64,000 nt of DNA from Trueperaceae bacterium (GTDB lineage Bacteria > Deinococcota > Deinococci > Deinococcales > Trueperaceae), in the NCBI GenBank assembly GCA_965215565.1, contig CBDCDZ010000004.1, positions 4,128,001 to 4,192,000 on the forward strand, read 5' to 3'. Shown in pieces: positions 9,091 through 18,976 of the stretch (positions are counted from its first letter, which is position 1; every line of letters starts with the position of its first letter). A program made the translations under genes and the position numbers. The notes under the pieces were generated by a model that was given only the letters and a program-made list of their open reading frames with translations, had not been told where the DNA came from and ran no database searches.

Positions 9091-9678
9091 GTGATAGAGA
9101 CACCGACTACCCTAGAGCCGCGCTCGCGCCTCTTGTGCTGCGCGCTTCACCTCTTCGCTGAGCACGGCTACGACGCAGTTGGGGTGCAGCGCGTGGTCGA
9201 AGCGGCGGGCGTGACGAAGCCGACGCTCTATCATCACTTCGGGAACAAGCTGGGGCTCTTGGAGGCTCTTCTACAAACTCACTTCGACCCCCTCAACGAG
9301 AGACTGCAACGCGCCGCCGCCTATCACCGCGATTTACCGCAAACGCTAGAACAGTTCAGCAGTACCTATATAACGCTGTCACTCAACGAGCCGGACTTCT
9401 CCAGACTGCGCCTCACCCTCTGGTTCGCCCCGCCGGGCAGCGAAGCGTTTCGCGCGGTTGCGCCCTGGTTAGAACGTCAGGAGAAACTCGTCGCTGAGCT
9501 TTTTGAGCAGGCATCGCAAGACCACGGCAACATGCGCTCTCGGCAGCTTACGCTGGCCTCGAGCTTCTTAGGTACGCTCAACACTTACGTTGGCTTATCG
9601 CTCAACGGATACTTGAATCTAAATGATGAGACCCGCCACCAGATGTTGCGTCAATATATGTACGGCATCTTCTCGTGA
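9091..9678 (+). CDS. TetR/AcrR family transcriptional regulator
   Basis: LFAEHGYDAVGVQRVVEAAGVTKPTLYHHFGNK HTH; start placed at a leaderless GTG. Confidence 0.88.
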   Translation: MIETPTTLEPRSRLLCCALHLFAEHGYDAVGVQRVVEAAGVTKPTLYHHFGNKLGLLEALLQTHFDPLNERLQRAAAYHRDLPQTLEQFSSTYITLSLNEPDFSRLRLTLWFAPPGSEAFRAVAPWLERQEKLVAELFEQASQDHGNMRSRQLTLASSFLGTLNTYVGLSLNGYLNLNDETRHQMLRQYMYGIFS

Positions 9679-9721
9679 CCTCTTACAGAATTCTATAGCA
9701 GATAAATTTTTTACCCCTATC

Positions 9722-9737
9722 TATACCGAAAGGTATA
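9722..9737. promoter_or_regulatory. Second putative TetR operator, upstream of the GH13 gene
   Basis: TATACCGAAAGGTATA, matching the 9066-9081 palindrome. Confidence 0.65.
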
Positions 9738-9763
9738 AACGTTCAAATCAAGGAGAAATGCGA

Positions 9764-11116
9764 ATGAATCAACCCTTTCAAGACGCAACCATCTATCACA
9801 TCTACCCACTAGGACTTTTAGGCGCACCGGAGCGCAACGACTTCGCCTCGCCCGCCGCGCCGCGCCTAAAAGAGCTTCACGACTGGCTCCCTCACCTGAA
9901 CGACTTGGGCGTCAACGCGCTCTATCTAGGTCCAGTATTTGAGTCGAGTGCGCACGGCTACGACACGGTGGATTACTTTCACGTGGATAGACGTTTAGGC
10001 AACAATGAGATGCTGCGAGATTTGGCGACGCATCTTCGCGACAATAACATCCGCCTTGTGCTAGACGCAGTCTTTAACCACGTTGGACGAGACTTTTGGG
10101 CGTTTAAGGATGTGTTAGGGAACGGCGAGACCTCTCCCTATAAAGATTGGTTCCACTTAGAGTTCGGCGGCTCGAGCCCCCTCGGAGACCCCTTCACCTA
10201 CGAAGGCTGGAGCGGCAACTACGACCTCGTGAAACTCAACCTCTCGAATCAAGAGGTCAGGGCGCACCTCATGAGCGCGGTGAAATCCTGGGTGCACGAC
10301 TTTGAGATCAGCGGGTTGCGTTTGGACGCAGCGGACGTGATGGACAAGGACTTCTTGCGTGAGCTTACGCGCTTTTGTAAGGACCTGAAGCCGGACTTCT
10401 GGCTCATGGGCGAGGTTGTTCACGGCGATTACAGCGAGTGGGTGGGTCCCGACATGTTGGATTCTGCGACGAACTACGAGCTTTACAAAGGACTGTGGTC
10501 GAGCCACGCCGATAAAAACTACTTCGAGTTGGCGCATTCGCTCAAGCGTCAGTTTGGCGAAGGCGGCGTTTATGCGGGGCTCGACCTCTACACCTTTGCG
10601 GATAACCATGATGTCAATAGGGTGGCGAGCAGCTTAACGGAAAGTGCACACCTCTATCCGCTCTATACGCTTCTCTTCACCGTCCCCGGCATTCCCTCTA
10701 TCTATGCGGGTAGCGAGTGGGGTATCTCAGGCGAGCGCACGAATACGAGCGACGAGGCGCTGAGACCGAGGCTCGAGCTACAAGAAGTCAAAGCCCACGC
10801 CCCTCATCCCGACCTCGCCGACCTCATCGCCAAGCTGAGCCGTTTGCGTCACGCTTCGTCTGCTTTACAAAGAGGTGGCTACCGAGAATTGCTAGTCGAA
10901 CATGAACAGTTGGCTTTTGTACGCGAAAGTGCTGAAGAAAAAATTGTCGTAGTAACCAACGCTTCCGAGGAAAAGGTCATGCTCGAGCTAAACCTACCCT
11001 TTTCAGCCGGAACTGCTGTTGATTTGTTGAATGACAACGAAACCTTCGAAGTGCAGGATGCTCAACTGTCTGTCAACGTTCACCCGAGGTGGGCTCGAGT
11101 CTTGAAACTTTCGTAG
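9764..11116 (+). CDS. GH13 alpha-amylase family protein (cyclomaltodextrinase/neopullulanase-like)
   Basis: HGYDT, LDAVFNH, GLRLDAA, GEVVH and FADNHD motifs; AGGAGA RBS. Confidence 0.9.
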   Translation: MNQPFQDATIYHIYPLGLLGAPERNDFASPAAPRLKELHDWLPHLNDLGVNALYLGPVFESSAHGYDTVDYFHVDRRLGNNEMLRDLATHLRDNNIRLVLDAVFNHVGRDFWAFKDVLGNGETSPYKDWFHLEFGGSSPLGDPFTYEGWSGNYDLVKLNLSNQEVRAHLMSAVKSWVHDFEISGLRLDAADVMDKDFLRELTRFCKDLKPDFWLMGEVVHGDYSEWVGPDMLDSATNYELYKGLWSSHADKNYFELAHSLKRQFGEGGVYAGLDLYTFADNHDVNRVASSLTESAHLYPLYTLLFTVPGIPSIYAGSEWGISGERTNTSDEALRPRLELQEVKAHAPHPDLADLIAKLSRLRHASSALQRGGYRELLVEHEQLAFVRESAEEKIVVVTNASEEKVMLELNLPFSAGTAVDLLNDNETFEVQDAQLSVNVHPRWARVLKLS

Positions 11117-12021
11117 CGTTGTCCGCGTTTTGACTCTGATTGATTTGACTCCGATTGAGTTGCGTGGGCGGGGCCGACGTGCGCGAGGTCAACCCCTTCA
11201 GGATAGGTGCGCGTCGGCGGCAGCGTGTAGGGCGTGCGGCGCGGCGGCAAGGCCAGTTGCGCGTAAGCGCGGTAGCGAAGAAGTTTGAACACGACTTTCT
11301 CTACCCAAGGGCGCGGCGCGGAAAGACCGAGAGCGTCCCGCATAGGCGGGTTCATGAGGCTCGAGGCGGCGTCCCTGCCGATGTCCGCAAGAGGTCGGCG
11401 CAACGTTTTCGGCAGCGTTTCGGGCAGTACCCAACTCAGGAAGAGGTCTAGCGTCGCGTCCGCTAAGAGTTGATTGTTCGGGTCGTAAGCGAAACGCTCG
11501 CGCTCGTAGCGAACGTTGTACGCTTCAAACCCCTCGTAGCTTTCCGGCAAGTCGTGAAGCCCCATTCGCCGCCCGACCTCGCGCCAGAAGTAAAAGCCCG
11601 CCAACCGCTCGTTCTCGTGAAGAGGACGCCAGCCGAAGCGGGCGTTCCACCTTATGGGCTCGTAGATAAAGGTGCTCAGTACATAGAGAAATTCGTCGTT
11701 CGGAATCCGGTAACGCCCGTGAATTTGGTTCATCTGCCGAATCGCCCGCGTCCCCAATGCGCTGCTGTAGCCGTGCAAGCCGATAGTGCTGATAAGGATA
11801 ACGGTGTCGTCGTACCTCTTCTGGGTGCGCTCGGTGAACTCCTTGGTAGCGACTAAGAGGCGAGAGCCGCGCGGCACACAGAAGGTGCGCACCAAAGCGA
11901 GTTCGTAGGCGCGTTGCGTGTCGAAGGGGAAGTCGAAGGCGCTGCTTAAAAAAGCGATGCGCTCGTTGTCCTTTTCGGGGTGGAGGCGTTTGATTTGGTT
12001 GAGGATGGTGTAGCGAGACAT
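11080..12021 (-). CDS. MpaB/DUF2236 family oxygenase-like protein
   Basis: KRYDDT, MNQIHGRYRIPNDEFLYVLSTF and FWREVGRRMG motifs. Confidence 0.8.
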   Translation of the reverse strand: MSRYTILNQIKRLHPEKDNERIAFLSSAFDFPFDTQRAYELALVRTFCVPRGSRLLVATKEFTERTQKRYDDTVILISTIGLHGYSSALGTRAIRQMNQIHGRYRIPNDEFLYVLSTFIYEPIRWNARFGWRPLHENERLAGFYFWREVGRRMGLHDLPESYEGFEAYNVRYERERFAYDPNNQLLADATLDLFLSWVLPETLPKTLRRPLADIGRDAASSLMNPPMRDALGLSAPRPWVEKVVFKLLRYRAYAQLALPPRRTPYTLPPTRTYPEGVDLAHVGPAHATQSESNQSESKRGQRYESFKTRAHLG

Positions 12022-12191
12022 TGGTTTAAGTGTAAGGGGTTTTTGGACGACTCGAGGTGTTCACAGCGATAAGCATTTTAGCCAGTCAGCGAGTCAGCCA
12101 GTCAGGAAAATCTTAAAACCTGAAGTGCTGATGAGCTGAGACGCTGCTTTCTCGCTTGCAGCCGCGCCGCGCAAGCGCGTATCCTAAAGCT

Positions 12192-12446
12192 ATGACCGTC
12201 GAACTCACTCCCGCGCAAGAAGCGCTGATTCAAGAGCAGCTCGAGGCGGGGCGCTATCATTCCCGCACCGAAGCGATTGCCGAAGCGTTAGAGCTGCTGA
12301 GCGACCACCTCCGGCTCGAGCAGATGAAGTTAGAGCGGCTACGCGCCGAGATTCAAAAGGGCTTGGATAGTGGCGAGAGCACGCCGCTCGATATGGACGC
12401 GATTAAAGCAGAAGCGCGGAGACGCTACAACGAACGCAAGCGGTAA
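12192..12446 (+). CDS. ParD-like antitoxin (addiction module antidote)
   Basis: GRYHSRTEAIAEALELL...LRAEIQKGLDSG; leaderless TATCCT-N6-ATG. Confidence 0.85.
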   Translation: MTVELTPAQEALIQEQLEAGRYHSRTEAIAEALELLSDHLRLEQMKLERLRAEIQKGLDSGESTPLDMDAIKAEARRRYNERKR

Positions 12447-12742
12447 TGCCGGTTGTTCTCAGACGCTCCGAAGCCGAGCTTGACCTGTTTTTTATATGGG
12501 AGCGCGTCAGCTTAGAAGACCCTGACGTAGCTGACCGTATTCTGGACCAGCTCGAAGCGCAGTTTAACCTCATCGCAACGCAACCGCTTATGGGGCGAGA
12601 GAGGCCGGAGCTAGCTCCGCAACTACGCAGCTTTACAGGGGCTCGCTACATCATTTTCTACTTACCTCTCGAGGACGGCATCAACGTTGTGAGAGTCTTA
12701 GATGGACGGCAGAATATAAGCCGTGAATTCGGTGAGCGCTAA
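12446..12742 (+). CDS. RelE/ParE family toxin
   Basis: AELDL..IW, PLMGRERPELAPQLRSF, YIIFY and VVRVLDG motifs; TAATG coupling to the antitoxin. Confidence 0.88.
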   Translation: MPVVLRRSEAELDLFFIWERVSLEDPDVADRILDQLEAQFNLIATQPLMGRERPELAPQLRSFTGARYIIFYLPLEDGINVVRVLDGRQNISREFGER

Positions 12743-12768
12743 GAGGTCTAGCCGCAACATACTCGAGC

Positions 12769-13593
12769 CTAATACACCTCCGGCACGAACGTCTGGTCAC
12801 TCACAGGCGGACGCACATAAGAGGTGTTCTCCTGTCGCGGCGGCAGCTTGATCGGCTTAGGCGTGAGGTCTTCGTAGTCAATCACGCTCAAGAGGTGCGA
12901 GATACAGTTGAGCCGCGCCCGCCTTTTAACGTCCGCATCCACCACGAACCAGGGCGCTTGCTTGATATCGGTGTAGGCGAACATGGTGTCTTTGGCTTTG
13001 GAGTATTCCACCCACTTCTCCCGCGATTCCAAGTCCATCGGCGAGAGCTTCCAGCGCTTAGTGGGGTCTTTAATGCGGGCTTGAAAGCGCTTCTCCTGTT
13101 CGTCGGGGCTGACCGAGAACCAATATTTGATGAGGATGACGCCCGAACGCACCAACATCCGCTCGAACTCGGGGCAAGAGCGTAAAAACTCTTGATATTC
13201 CTCTTCGGTGCAAAAGCCCATGACCCGCTCGACGCCTGCGCGGTTGTACCAACTCCTGTCGAACAGCACCATCTCACCCGCTGCCGGGAGTTGCTCGACA
13301 TAGCGCTGGAAGTACCACTGCGTCTTTTGGCGCTCCGTAGGCGTGCCTAGAGCGACCACGCGGCACACCCTAGGATTCAAGCTCTCTGTAATCCGCTTAA
13401 TAGTGCCGCCTTTACCCGCCGCGTCACGCCCTTCAAAGACCACCACGACTTTGAGCCCCTGCGCTTTGATCCACTCTTGCAACTTGACGAGTTCGACTTG
13501 GAGGTTCTCGAGTTCCTTCTCATAAACCTTTTTGTCCAGTTTGGGTTTAGCCTCAGCTACGCCGTTGCTCTTGGACTTCTTGGACTTCGCCAT
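12769..13593 (-). CDS. ppk2: Polyphosphate kinase 2
   Basis: FEGRDAAGKGG, FDRSWYNRAGVERVMGF and RWKLSPMD motifs. Confidence 0.95.
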   Translation of the reverse strand: MAKSKKSKSNGVAEAKPKLDKKVYEKELENLQVELVKLQEWIKAQGLKVVVVFEGRDAAGKGGTIKRITESLNPRVCRVVALGTPTERQKTQWYFQRYVEQLPAAGEMVLFDRSWYNRAGVERVMGFCTEEEYQEFLRSCPEFERMLVRSGVILIKYWFSVSPDEQEKRFQARIKDPTKRWKLSPMDLESREKWVEYSKAKDTMFAYTDIKQAPWFVVDADVKRRARLNCISHLLSVIDYEDLTPKPIKLPPRQENTSYVRPPVSDQTFVPEVY

Positions 13594-13632
13594 CTGTGCC
13601 TCCTTAGAAGAGAGGTTAGTTTAGCATTTCTA

Positions 13633-13778
13633 TCATTCTGAACGAACGTGAAGAATCTCGTTTGGCTACGCCAAAACTTCGTAACTTTCATGCTTAGTTA
13701 GAGGAGAAGGCGAATGCAGAGATTCTTCCCCTTCGTACCAAGACTACGTCCGACTTCGTGAACAGGGTCAGAATGACA
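13633..13778. repeat. REP/REPIN-like repeat, family 2, copy 1
   Basis: TCATTCTGAACG..GAAGAATCT ... AGATTCTT...CAGAATGACA termini; internal AGAGGAGAAGGCGAATGCAGAGATTCTT shared with 34915 and 59351. Confidence 0.7.
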
Positions 13779-13828
13779 TCGGGAAGTAGTTCACTCAATC
13801 GGTTTCCAATTATTCCTTTATAAGTAAT

Positions 13829-13858
13829 CTTGACACAAGCGCACTCAAGTTTTATAAT
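13829..13858 (+). promoter_or_regulatory. clpB promoter with overlapping HAIR (HspR) operator
   Basis: TTGACA(13830)-17-TATAAT(13853); CTTGACA-N7-ACTCAAG versus the HAIR consensus CTTGAGT-N7-ACTCAAG. Confidence 0.85.
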
Positions 13859-13867
13859 ACAACTATT

Positions 13868-16447
13868 ATGAATGCTGAACGACTTACCGAATCAACCTTA
13901 CAAGCTGTGGCGAGCGCCCAGCAGATTGCGCGGACGCGGGGGCATCAAAACATCGTCCCTGCGCACCTCGCGACCTCGTTGCTCGCCGACCCGAACAGCC
14001 CGGCGGCAAGGGTTTTAGAGCGTGCGGGCGGAGACCTCGCCCAAGTTCAGTCTGAACTCGATACTGTACTAGACAAACTTCCTAAAGTGGCAGGTAGCGA
14101 GAGCCAATATATGAGCAGTGAATTGGCCCGGACATTTGACGAAGCCGAGCGTGTCGCCAAAGAATGGGGCGACTCATTTGTCGCGGCGGACGCTCTACTT
14201 GTGGCGCTGCGCAATGTTGGCGGGAACAGTCTTAATTCGCTTCCGAAAGCGAAAGAGCTTAAAGAAGCCGCGCAAGAGATCAGAAAGGGGCGCACGGTGG
14301 ACACGAAATCGGCAGAGATGAGTTTTGAATCGTTAGAGAAATACGGCATTGACCTCACGCAGATGGCAAGGGATGGCAAGTTAGACCCCGTCATTGGACG
14401 CGACGAGGAGATTCGCCGCGCGGTGCAAATCTTGCTGCGCCGCACCAAAAACAACCCCGTCTTGATCGGTGAACCCGGTGTCGGCAAGACCGCCATCGCC
14501 GAAGGTTTAGCCCAGCGCATTATCAACAAAGACGTGCCCGAAGGTTTGCAGGGCAAGCGCATCATTCAACTCGATATGGGTTCTCTGCTCGCAGGTGCAA
14601 AGTATCGCGGTGAGTTCGAGGAACGCCTCAAAGCCGTCATTCAAGAGACGATTCAGAGCAGGGGAGAGGTTGTCCTTTTCGTGGACGAACTCCACACCAT
14701 CGTCGGCGCGGGCAAAGCCGAAGGCGCGGTGGACGCAGGCAACATGCTCAAGCCGCCCCTAGCGAGAGGTGAACTCCGCATGGTGGGTGCGACGACCCTG
14801 AGCGAGTACCGCGCCATCGAGAAGGACGCCGCCTTGGAGCGCCGCTTCCAACCCATCGTCGTGGACGAGCCCGCTGTCGAGGAGACCATCTCCATCTTGC
14901 GCGGCATCAAGGAGAAGTACGAGGTGCACCACGGCGTGCGCATCGCCGACCCCGCCATCATCGCCGCCGCGACGCTCTCGAACCGCTACATCGCCGATAG
15001 ACAACTCCCTGACAAGGCGATTGACCTCATCGACGAGGCTGCCTCGAGAATTCGCGTACAGCTCGACTCGATGCCCGAAGAGATCGACGACTTACGCCGC
15101 CGCAGATTACAACTCGAGATCGAACAAGAAGCCCTCAAGCGCGAAGAGGACACCGAGTCTGCGAATCGCCTCCTCCGCATCGAAGAAGAGTTGCGAGTTA
15201 TCGAAGACGGCATCAACCAAGCGCAGTCCGATTGGGAAGCGGAGCGTCAAATCTTGGACGACCTCCGCGACGTCCAAGCCCAACTCGACAGTGTACGCAC
15301 GCAAATTGAAGCAGCGGAGCGTGACTATGACCTCAACAAAGCGGCGGAACTCCGTTACGGACAGTTGCCTAAGTTGGAGCAGCAACTCCGCGACTATACG
15401 AAGAAGCTCGAGCACGCCAAATACGTCCGCCTAGAAGTTGGGGAAAACGAAGTTGCCGAAGTCGTGAGCCGCTGGACGAACATTCCTCTGTCGCGCCTTA
15501 TGGAGAGCGAGCGGGAGAAGTTGCTGAGGCTCGAGGATGCACTCCACGGGCGCGTCATCGGTCAGGACGAAGCGATCACCGCCGTCAGCGACGCCATCCG
15601 TCGCTCCCGCGCGGGCCTCGCCGACCCAAACCGTCCCATCGGCTCGTTCATCTTCTTAGGTCCGACAGGTGTAGGTAAAACCGAGACCGCCAAAGCCTTA
15701 GCCCAGCAACTCTTCGACTCTGAAGACAATCTGATCCGCCTCGACATGTCCGAATACATGGAGAAGCACACCACCGCCCGCCTCATCGGTGCGCCTCCCG
15801 GCTACATCGGCTACGACGAAGGCGGGCAACTCACCGAAGCGGTGCGACGCCGTCCCTACAGCGTGATTCTCTTCGACGAAATCGAGAAAGCCCACCCCGA
15901 CGTCTTCAACACGCTCCTGCAACTCCTCGACGACGGACGCCTCACCGACTCGCAAGGGCGCACCGTGGATTTCCGCAACACCGTCATCATCATGACCTCG
16001 AACATCGGCTCCCCGCAGATTTTAGACGCGAGCCGGAGCGGTGCCGATTACGACAGCATTAAGGATACGGTCTTCGGACTGCTTCAGCAGAGCTTCCGCC
16101 CCGAGTTCTTGAACCGCGTAGACGACACCATCGTCTTCCACGCGCTTGAGCAAGACCAGATCGCCGCGATTGCTGAGATTCAGCTTTCGCGCTTACGCGA
16201 ACGCCTCCGCGAGCGCCGCATCACGCTCACCTTCTCAGACGCTGCGATGGAGCAGCTCGCTCGCGTCGGCTACGACCCCGTCTTCGGCGCACGCCCCCTA
16301 AAACGCGCCATCCAACAACGCATCGAGACGCCCCTATCGCGCAAGATTATTGCGGGTGAGGTGCAAGATGGGGATGATGTGGTGGTGGAGCCGGGGGCGA
16401 GTGGGTTTAGCTTCCAGGTGAAAGAGGTGGCAGTAGCGCTGAATTAA
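13868..16447 (+). CDS. clpB: ATP-dependent chaperone ClpB
   Basis: Two AAA+ modules (GEPGVGKT and GPTGVGKT), coiled-coil middle domain, 859 aa. Confidence 0.97.
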   Translation: MNAERLTESTLQAVASAQQIARTRGHQNIVPAHLATSLLADPNSPAARVLERAGGDLAQVQSELDTVLDKLPKVAGSESQYMSSELARTFDEAERVAKEWGDSFVAADALLVALRNVGGNSLNSLPKAKELKEAAQEIRKGRTVDTKSAEMSFESLEKYGIDLTQMARDGKLDPVIGRDEEIRRAVQILLRRTKNNPVLIGEPGVGKTAIAEGLAQRIINKDVPEGLQGKRIIQLDMGSLLAGAKYRGEFEERLKAVIQETIQSRGEVVLFVDELHTIVGAGKAEGAVDAGNMLKPPLARGELRMVGATTLSEYRAIEKDAALERRFQPIVVDEPAVEETISILRGIKEKYEVHHGVRIADPAIIAAATLSNRYIADRQLPDKAIDLIDEAASRIRVQLDSMPEEIDDLRRRRLQLEIEQEALKREEDTESANRLLRIEEELRVIEDGINQAQSDWEAERQILDDLRDVQAQLDSVRTQIEAAERDYDLNKAAELRYGQLPKLEQQLRDYTKKLEHAKYVRLEVGENEVAEVVSRWTNIPLSRLMESEREKLLRLEDALHGRVIGQDEAITAVSDAIRRSRAGLADPNRPIGSFIFLGPTGVGKTETAKALAQQLFDSEDNLIRLDMSEYMEKHTTARLIGAPPGYIGYDEGGQLTEAVRRRPYSVILFDEIEKAHPDVFNTLLQLLDDGRLTDSQGRTVDFRNTVIIMTSNIGSPQILDASRSGADYDSIKDTVFGLLQQSFRPEFLNRVDDTIVFHALEQDQIAAIAEIQLSRLRERLRERRITLTFSDAAMEQLARVGYDPVFGARPLKRAIQQRIETPLSRKIIAGEVQDGDDVVVEPGASGFSFQVKEVAVALN

Positions 16448-16473
16448 AGTTGGAGTACGTTGTAGTAGAAGAG

Positions 16474-16503
16474 AAGAGGTCATCTGGATAAGGTGACCTC
16501 TTT
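16474..16503. terminator. Bidirectional terminator hairpin after clpB
   Basis: AAGAGGTCA...TGACCTCTT followed by a T-rich tail. Confidence 0.65.
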
Positions 16504-16540
16504 ATCTTTTGGACAAGATTTAGTTAGTGTCGTGTTACGT

Positions 16541-17134
16541 TCATTTCGTAGCGGCAATACCTCGCTGAACACGATTTGGTAAAACAAACAAGAATTGCGC
16601 TAAAGCAGTAACAAAGTCAATTACCCGCTGAGCATCTTTCTCATTGGGAAGGTCTGCATTTTCATCTGCGTGACGCTGGTCATTCGCATCTAACCTTACC
16701 TCGTGAGCCCATTCAGCCATGCTTTGAGTAATCAGATGATCTTCTGCTGCCTTCTCAATACGCTTATAGAGGCTGCCCGAGTTGTAACCCTTCTCTTTCA
16801 ACATCGCATCTACTGCGCTTGCTGAAAGCATGACAGAGCCAGCGGGCGCGTGGATAGAATTGATCGCTTGTTCGAGGAACGTTCGGGCTCTTTCTGGAAT
16901 AGTTTCGTCTACAATTTGTGGTTGTGGGTAAATTTCATATGCTACGTCACCATCACTATACGCTGCTGCAAGAACTACACCACCACAATTTCCACAAACG
17001 TAGCAACGCCATGTTCGTCGGTTACCACCATTGTGACTTTTCGTGTTGAACTCGGTAAGGCTTGAGAGCATTGGTCTATGTACACTACAATGAGGGCAAC
17101 GAAATAGCTCAAACTTATTTTCTAACCGAGGCAT
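16541..17134 (-). CDS. DUF4145 domain protein with N-terminal zinc ribbon
   Basis: CPHC...CGNC; C-terminal SLYKRIE...WAHEVRLDANDQRH (HEPN-like); lower GC than its neighbours. Confidence 0.7.
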   Translation of the reverse strand: MPRLENKFELFRCPHCSVHRPMLSSLTEFNTKSHNGGNRRTWRCYVCGNCGGVVLAAAYSDGDVAYEIYPQPQIVDETIPERARTFLEQAINSIHAPAGSVMLSASAVDAMLKEKGYNSGSLYKRIEKAAEDHLITQSMAEWAHEVRLDANDQRHADENADLPNEKDAQRVIDFVTALAQFLFVLPNRVQRGIAATK

Positions 17135-17203
17135 CAGACTCCATACAGTTTTATTCTAACCTCTTACGAACGCCCTGACCAGTATGGTGAAGAAATGATA
17201 TAA

Positions 17204-17270
17204 CCCCTCTCAAAACGTTCTTTCGGCATTTCAAGCGGCGTTGGAGTCGGGCGGTAGAGCCTCGAGCCTC
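17204..17270 (-). repeat. Array-1 junction repeat S1
   Basis: GGCTCGAGGCTCTACCGCCCGACTCCAACGCCGCTTGA...AACGTTTTGAGA on the minus strand (reads RLEALPPDSNAA*). Confidence 0.85.
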
Positions 17271-17466
17271 AACTCACGCGCTGAGAGTCCGTGTCAGATT
17301 CTTTAACCACAGGCGTAACGCGCTTGGCAGGAAAGGACACGAAAACATCCTCGCTTTGCTCTTCTCGAGCTTGCAAGTCAGCGACAATCGCCTCGAGGTC
17401 ATAGTCAAACTTTTCGGCGTGTTCTTCACGAATACGCCTCACTTCTGCAACGATAGGGTCATCCAT
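17269..17466 (-). CDS. Small putative antitoxin downstream of a PIN toxin
   Basis: DPIVAEVRRIREEHA..FDYDL; overlaps the PIN gene stop. Confidence 0.6.
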   Translation of the reverse strand: MDDPIVAEVRRIREEHAEKFDYDLEAIVADLQAREEQSEDVFVSFPAKRVTPVVKESDTDSQRVS

Positions 17467-17941
17467 CCTCTACCTCCTTGAGTTCTTCGGGTGTGCAAAT
17501 AACGGACGGTTCGTAGCCTTCAGCGCGGCAGAGCGCTTCAATTTTGGCCCTGATTGTCGCATTCGCAATATGTTTGAGGTTCCAGGTCATGAGATAGTCT
17601 ATTCCGTTGGTCGTAGCGAGGGCGATGTGTAGGGCATCTTCGGACGCTTTTGGAGGAATCAGCGCTTGACTCATGATGGCTTTGGCTAACTCGAGTGCGT
17701 CTTGCTTCGTTGGTAAAAGGGGTAGTCCGTTCAGTGCTTGTAACCGTTTCTGAGCAGCACTTTTGTCACCACCGCCCGCCTCGTCTTTGACAAGCTGAGA
17801 GATGAAGAGGTCAAAGTGGGGTCTGCTGTCGAGCCACCAGTCTTGCGTCACTTGTTGATAGGCAGCCGTAACCAAATCTCTGCTAGGTCTGGCTGTTAAA
17901 TAGCTGATGACCGTAGTTTCGATGTAGACCTTCGGCTTCAC
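17459..17941 (-). CDS. PIN-domain (VapC-like) toxin
   Basis: VYIETTVISYL, SQLVKDE, DALHIALA and LMTWNLKHI motifs. Confidence 0.85.
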   Translation of the reverse strand: MKPKVYIETTVISYLTARPSRDLVTAAYQQVTQDWWLDSRPHFDLFISQLVKDEAGGGDKSAAQKRLQALNGLPLLPTKQDALELAKAIMSQALIPPKASEDALHIALATTNGIDYLMTWNLKHIANATIRAKIEALCRAEGYEPSVICTPEELKEVEDG

Positions 17942-17967
17942 GCCTTTATTTTACTCTATAGTTTCAA

Positions 17968-18032
17968 TCCCATCTCAAAACGTTCTTCCAGCGTTTCAGG
18001 TGGCGTCGGAATCGGGCGGTAGAGCCTCGAGC
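17968..18032 (-). repeat. Array-1 junction repeat S2
   Basis: GCTCGAGGCTCTACCGCCCGATTCCGACGCCACCTGA...AACGTTTTGAGA (reads LEALPPDSDAT*). Confidence 0.85.
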
Positions 18033-18062
18033 AACGCCCCTAGCGCTTTTGACCTTTCCCAG

Positions 18063-18533
18063 TTATGACAAGAGGTTCCGCTGCCGCAGATGATTGAAGT
18101 TTTGCGCTGAGTATCCCAAATTGCTCGCCTCGAGGTAAAGGTTGAGGTCATCCGTAAGCAAGGAAGAAGGTTTTGCACTGAGATGCTCGAGCATCGCGCA
18201 ATCTGTGACACCTAAACGCACAAACGCTCTGTGCCGAGAAGCCACCTTCGATTCGATATGTTCTTCATCAATCGCTTGAATGGTTAGAGCAAGTTGCCGC
18301 ATCAACTCTGAGCGGACAGGCTCCCCGATCTGCGCAACGAGGTTCGACGTTTCTGCTAAAACTTGTGACGTGGTTGAGACCTTTGGAGCGTTGCGTACGA
18401 TCTCAATAAGTAAGTCGAGATCATCTTTTGTGAACGTTTTTGTACGTTTGTGACGTTCGATGAGACTTCTGTCTAAGCTCCCGACGACGAATAGGACCAA
18501 GAGGTTTGTGTCAAGAAGAATCGCACTCGTCAC
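18063..18533 (-). CDS. PIN-domain protein
   Basis: ILLDTNLLVL, VLAETSNL, LGVTD and LLTDDLNL motifs. Confidence 0.78.
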   Translation of the reverse strand: MTSAILLDTNLLVLFVVGSLDRSLIERHKRTKTFTKDDLDLLIEIVRNAPKVSTTSQVLAETSNLVAQIGEPVRSELMRQLALTIQAIDEEHIESKVASRHRAFVRLGVTDCAMLEHLSAKPSSLLTDDLNLYLEASNLGYSAQNFNHLRQRNLLS

Positions 18534-18817
18534 GCCGCAGCTAGACTAACATCTCTATTCTTGACCGCCTTGACGACTCCCGTTTCGTCGTCAATATGTA
18601 CGACTTTGAAAGACCGTTTCGGCACGTTCGCGCCTGCTAGTTCCGCGATTCTATTTTGAGGGTAATCCCAAGGTCTGGAAAATCCGACGGTAACGAGCCA
18701 TCTTCCTGACTCATCATCAAATTCGACCTCTTCTAAACCAATATGGGAAAGCGATTCTGATTCGTATAGACTTTTGATATACTCGAGGGCAGTTTGTACA
18801 GCAGCTTTGACTTGCAT
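18530..18817 (-). CDS. Hypothetical protein translationally coupled to the PIN gene
   Basis: GTGA overlap with the PIN gene; AAGGAG RBS; LEEVEFD..WLVTVGF motif. Confidence 0.65.
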   Translation of the reverse strand: MQVKAAVQTALEYIKSLYESESLSHIGLEEVEFDDESGRWLVTVGFSRPWDYPQNRIAELAGANVPKRSFKVVHIDDETGVVKAVKNRDVSLAAA

Positions 18818-18878
18818 GAGTCGTTCTCCTTCCTGGTCTAAAGGCGTTAGCGCAGTAGGTTAATTATAGACCAATCAC

Positions 18879-18971
18879 TCAACCAACCTCCCGCGCCCCC
18901 AACTCCCTCTTAAAGCTCAACGCTTCAGGCGGCGTTGGCGTCGGGCGGCAGAGCCTCGAGCCTCTCAAAAC
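18879..18971 (-). repeat. Array-1 junction repeat S3
   Basis: Reads FERLEALPPDANAA* and then SFKRELGAREVG*, the C-terminus of the DUF2442 pseudogene. Confidence 0.85.
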
Positions 18972-18976
18972 AGACT

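Noticed and set aside
13829..13849. CIRCE element upstream of clpB
   Set aside because: It does not match TTAGCACTC-N9-GAGTGCTAA; it fits HAIR instead.
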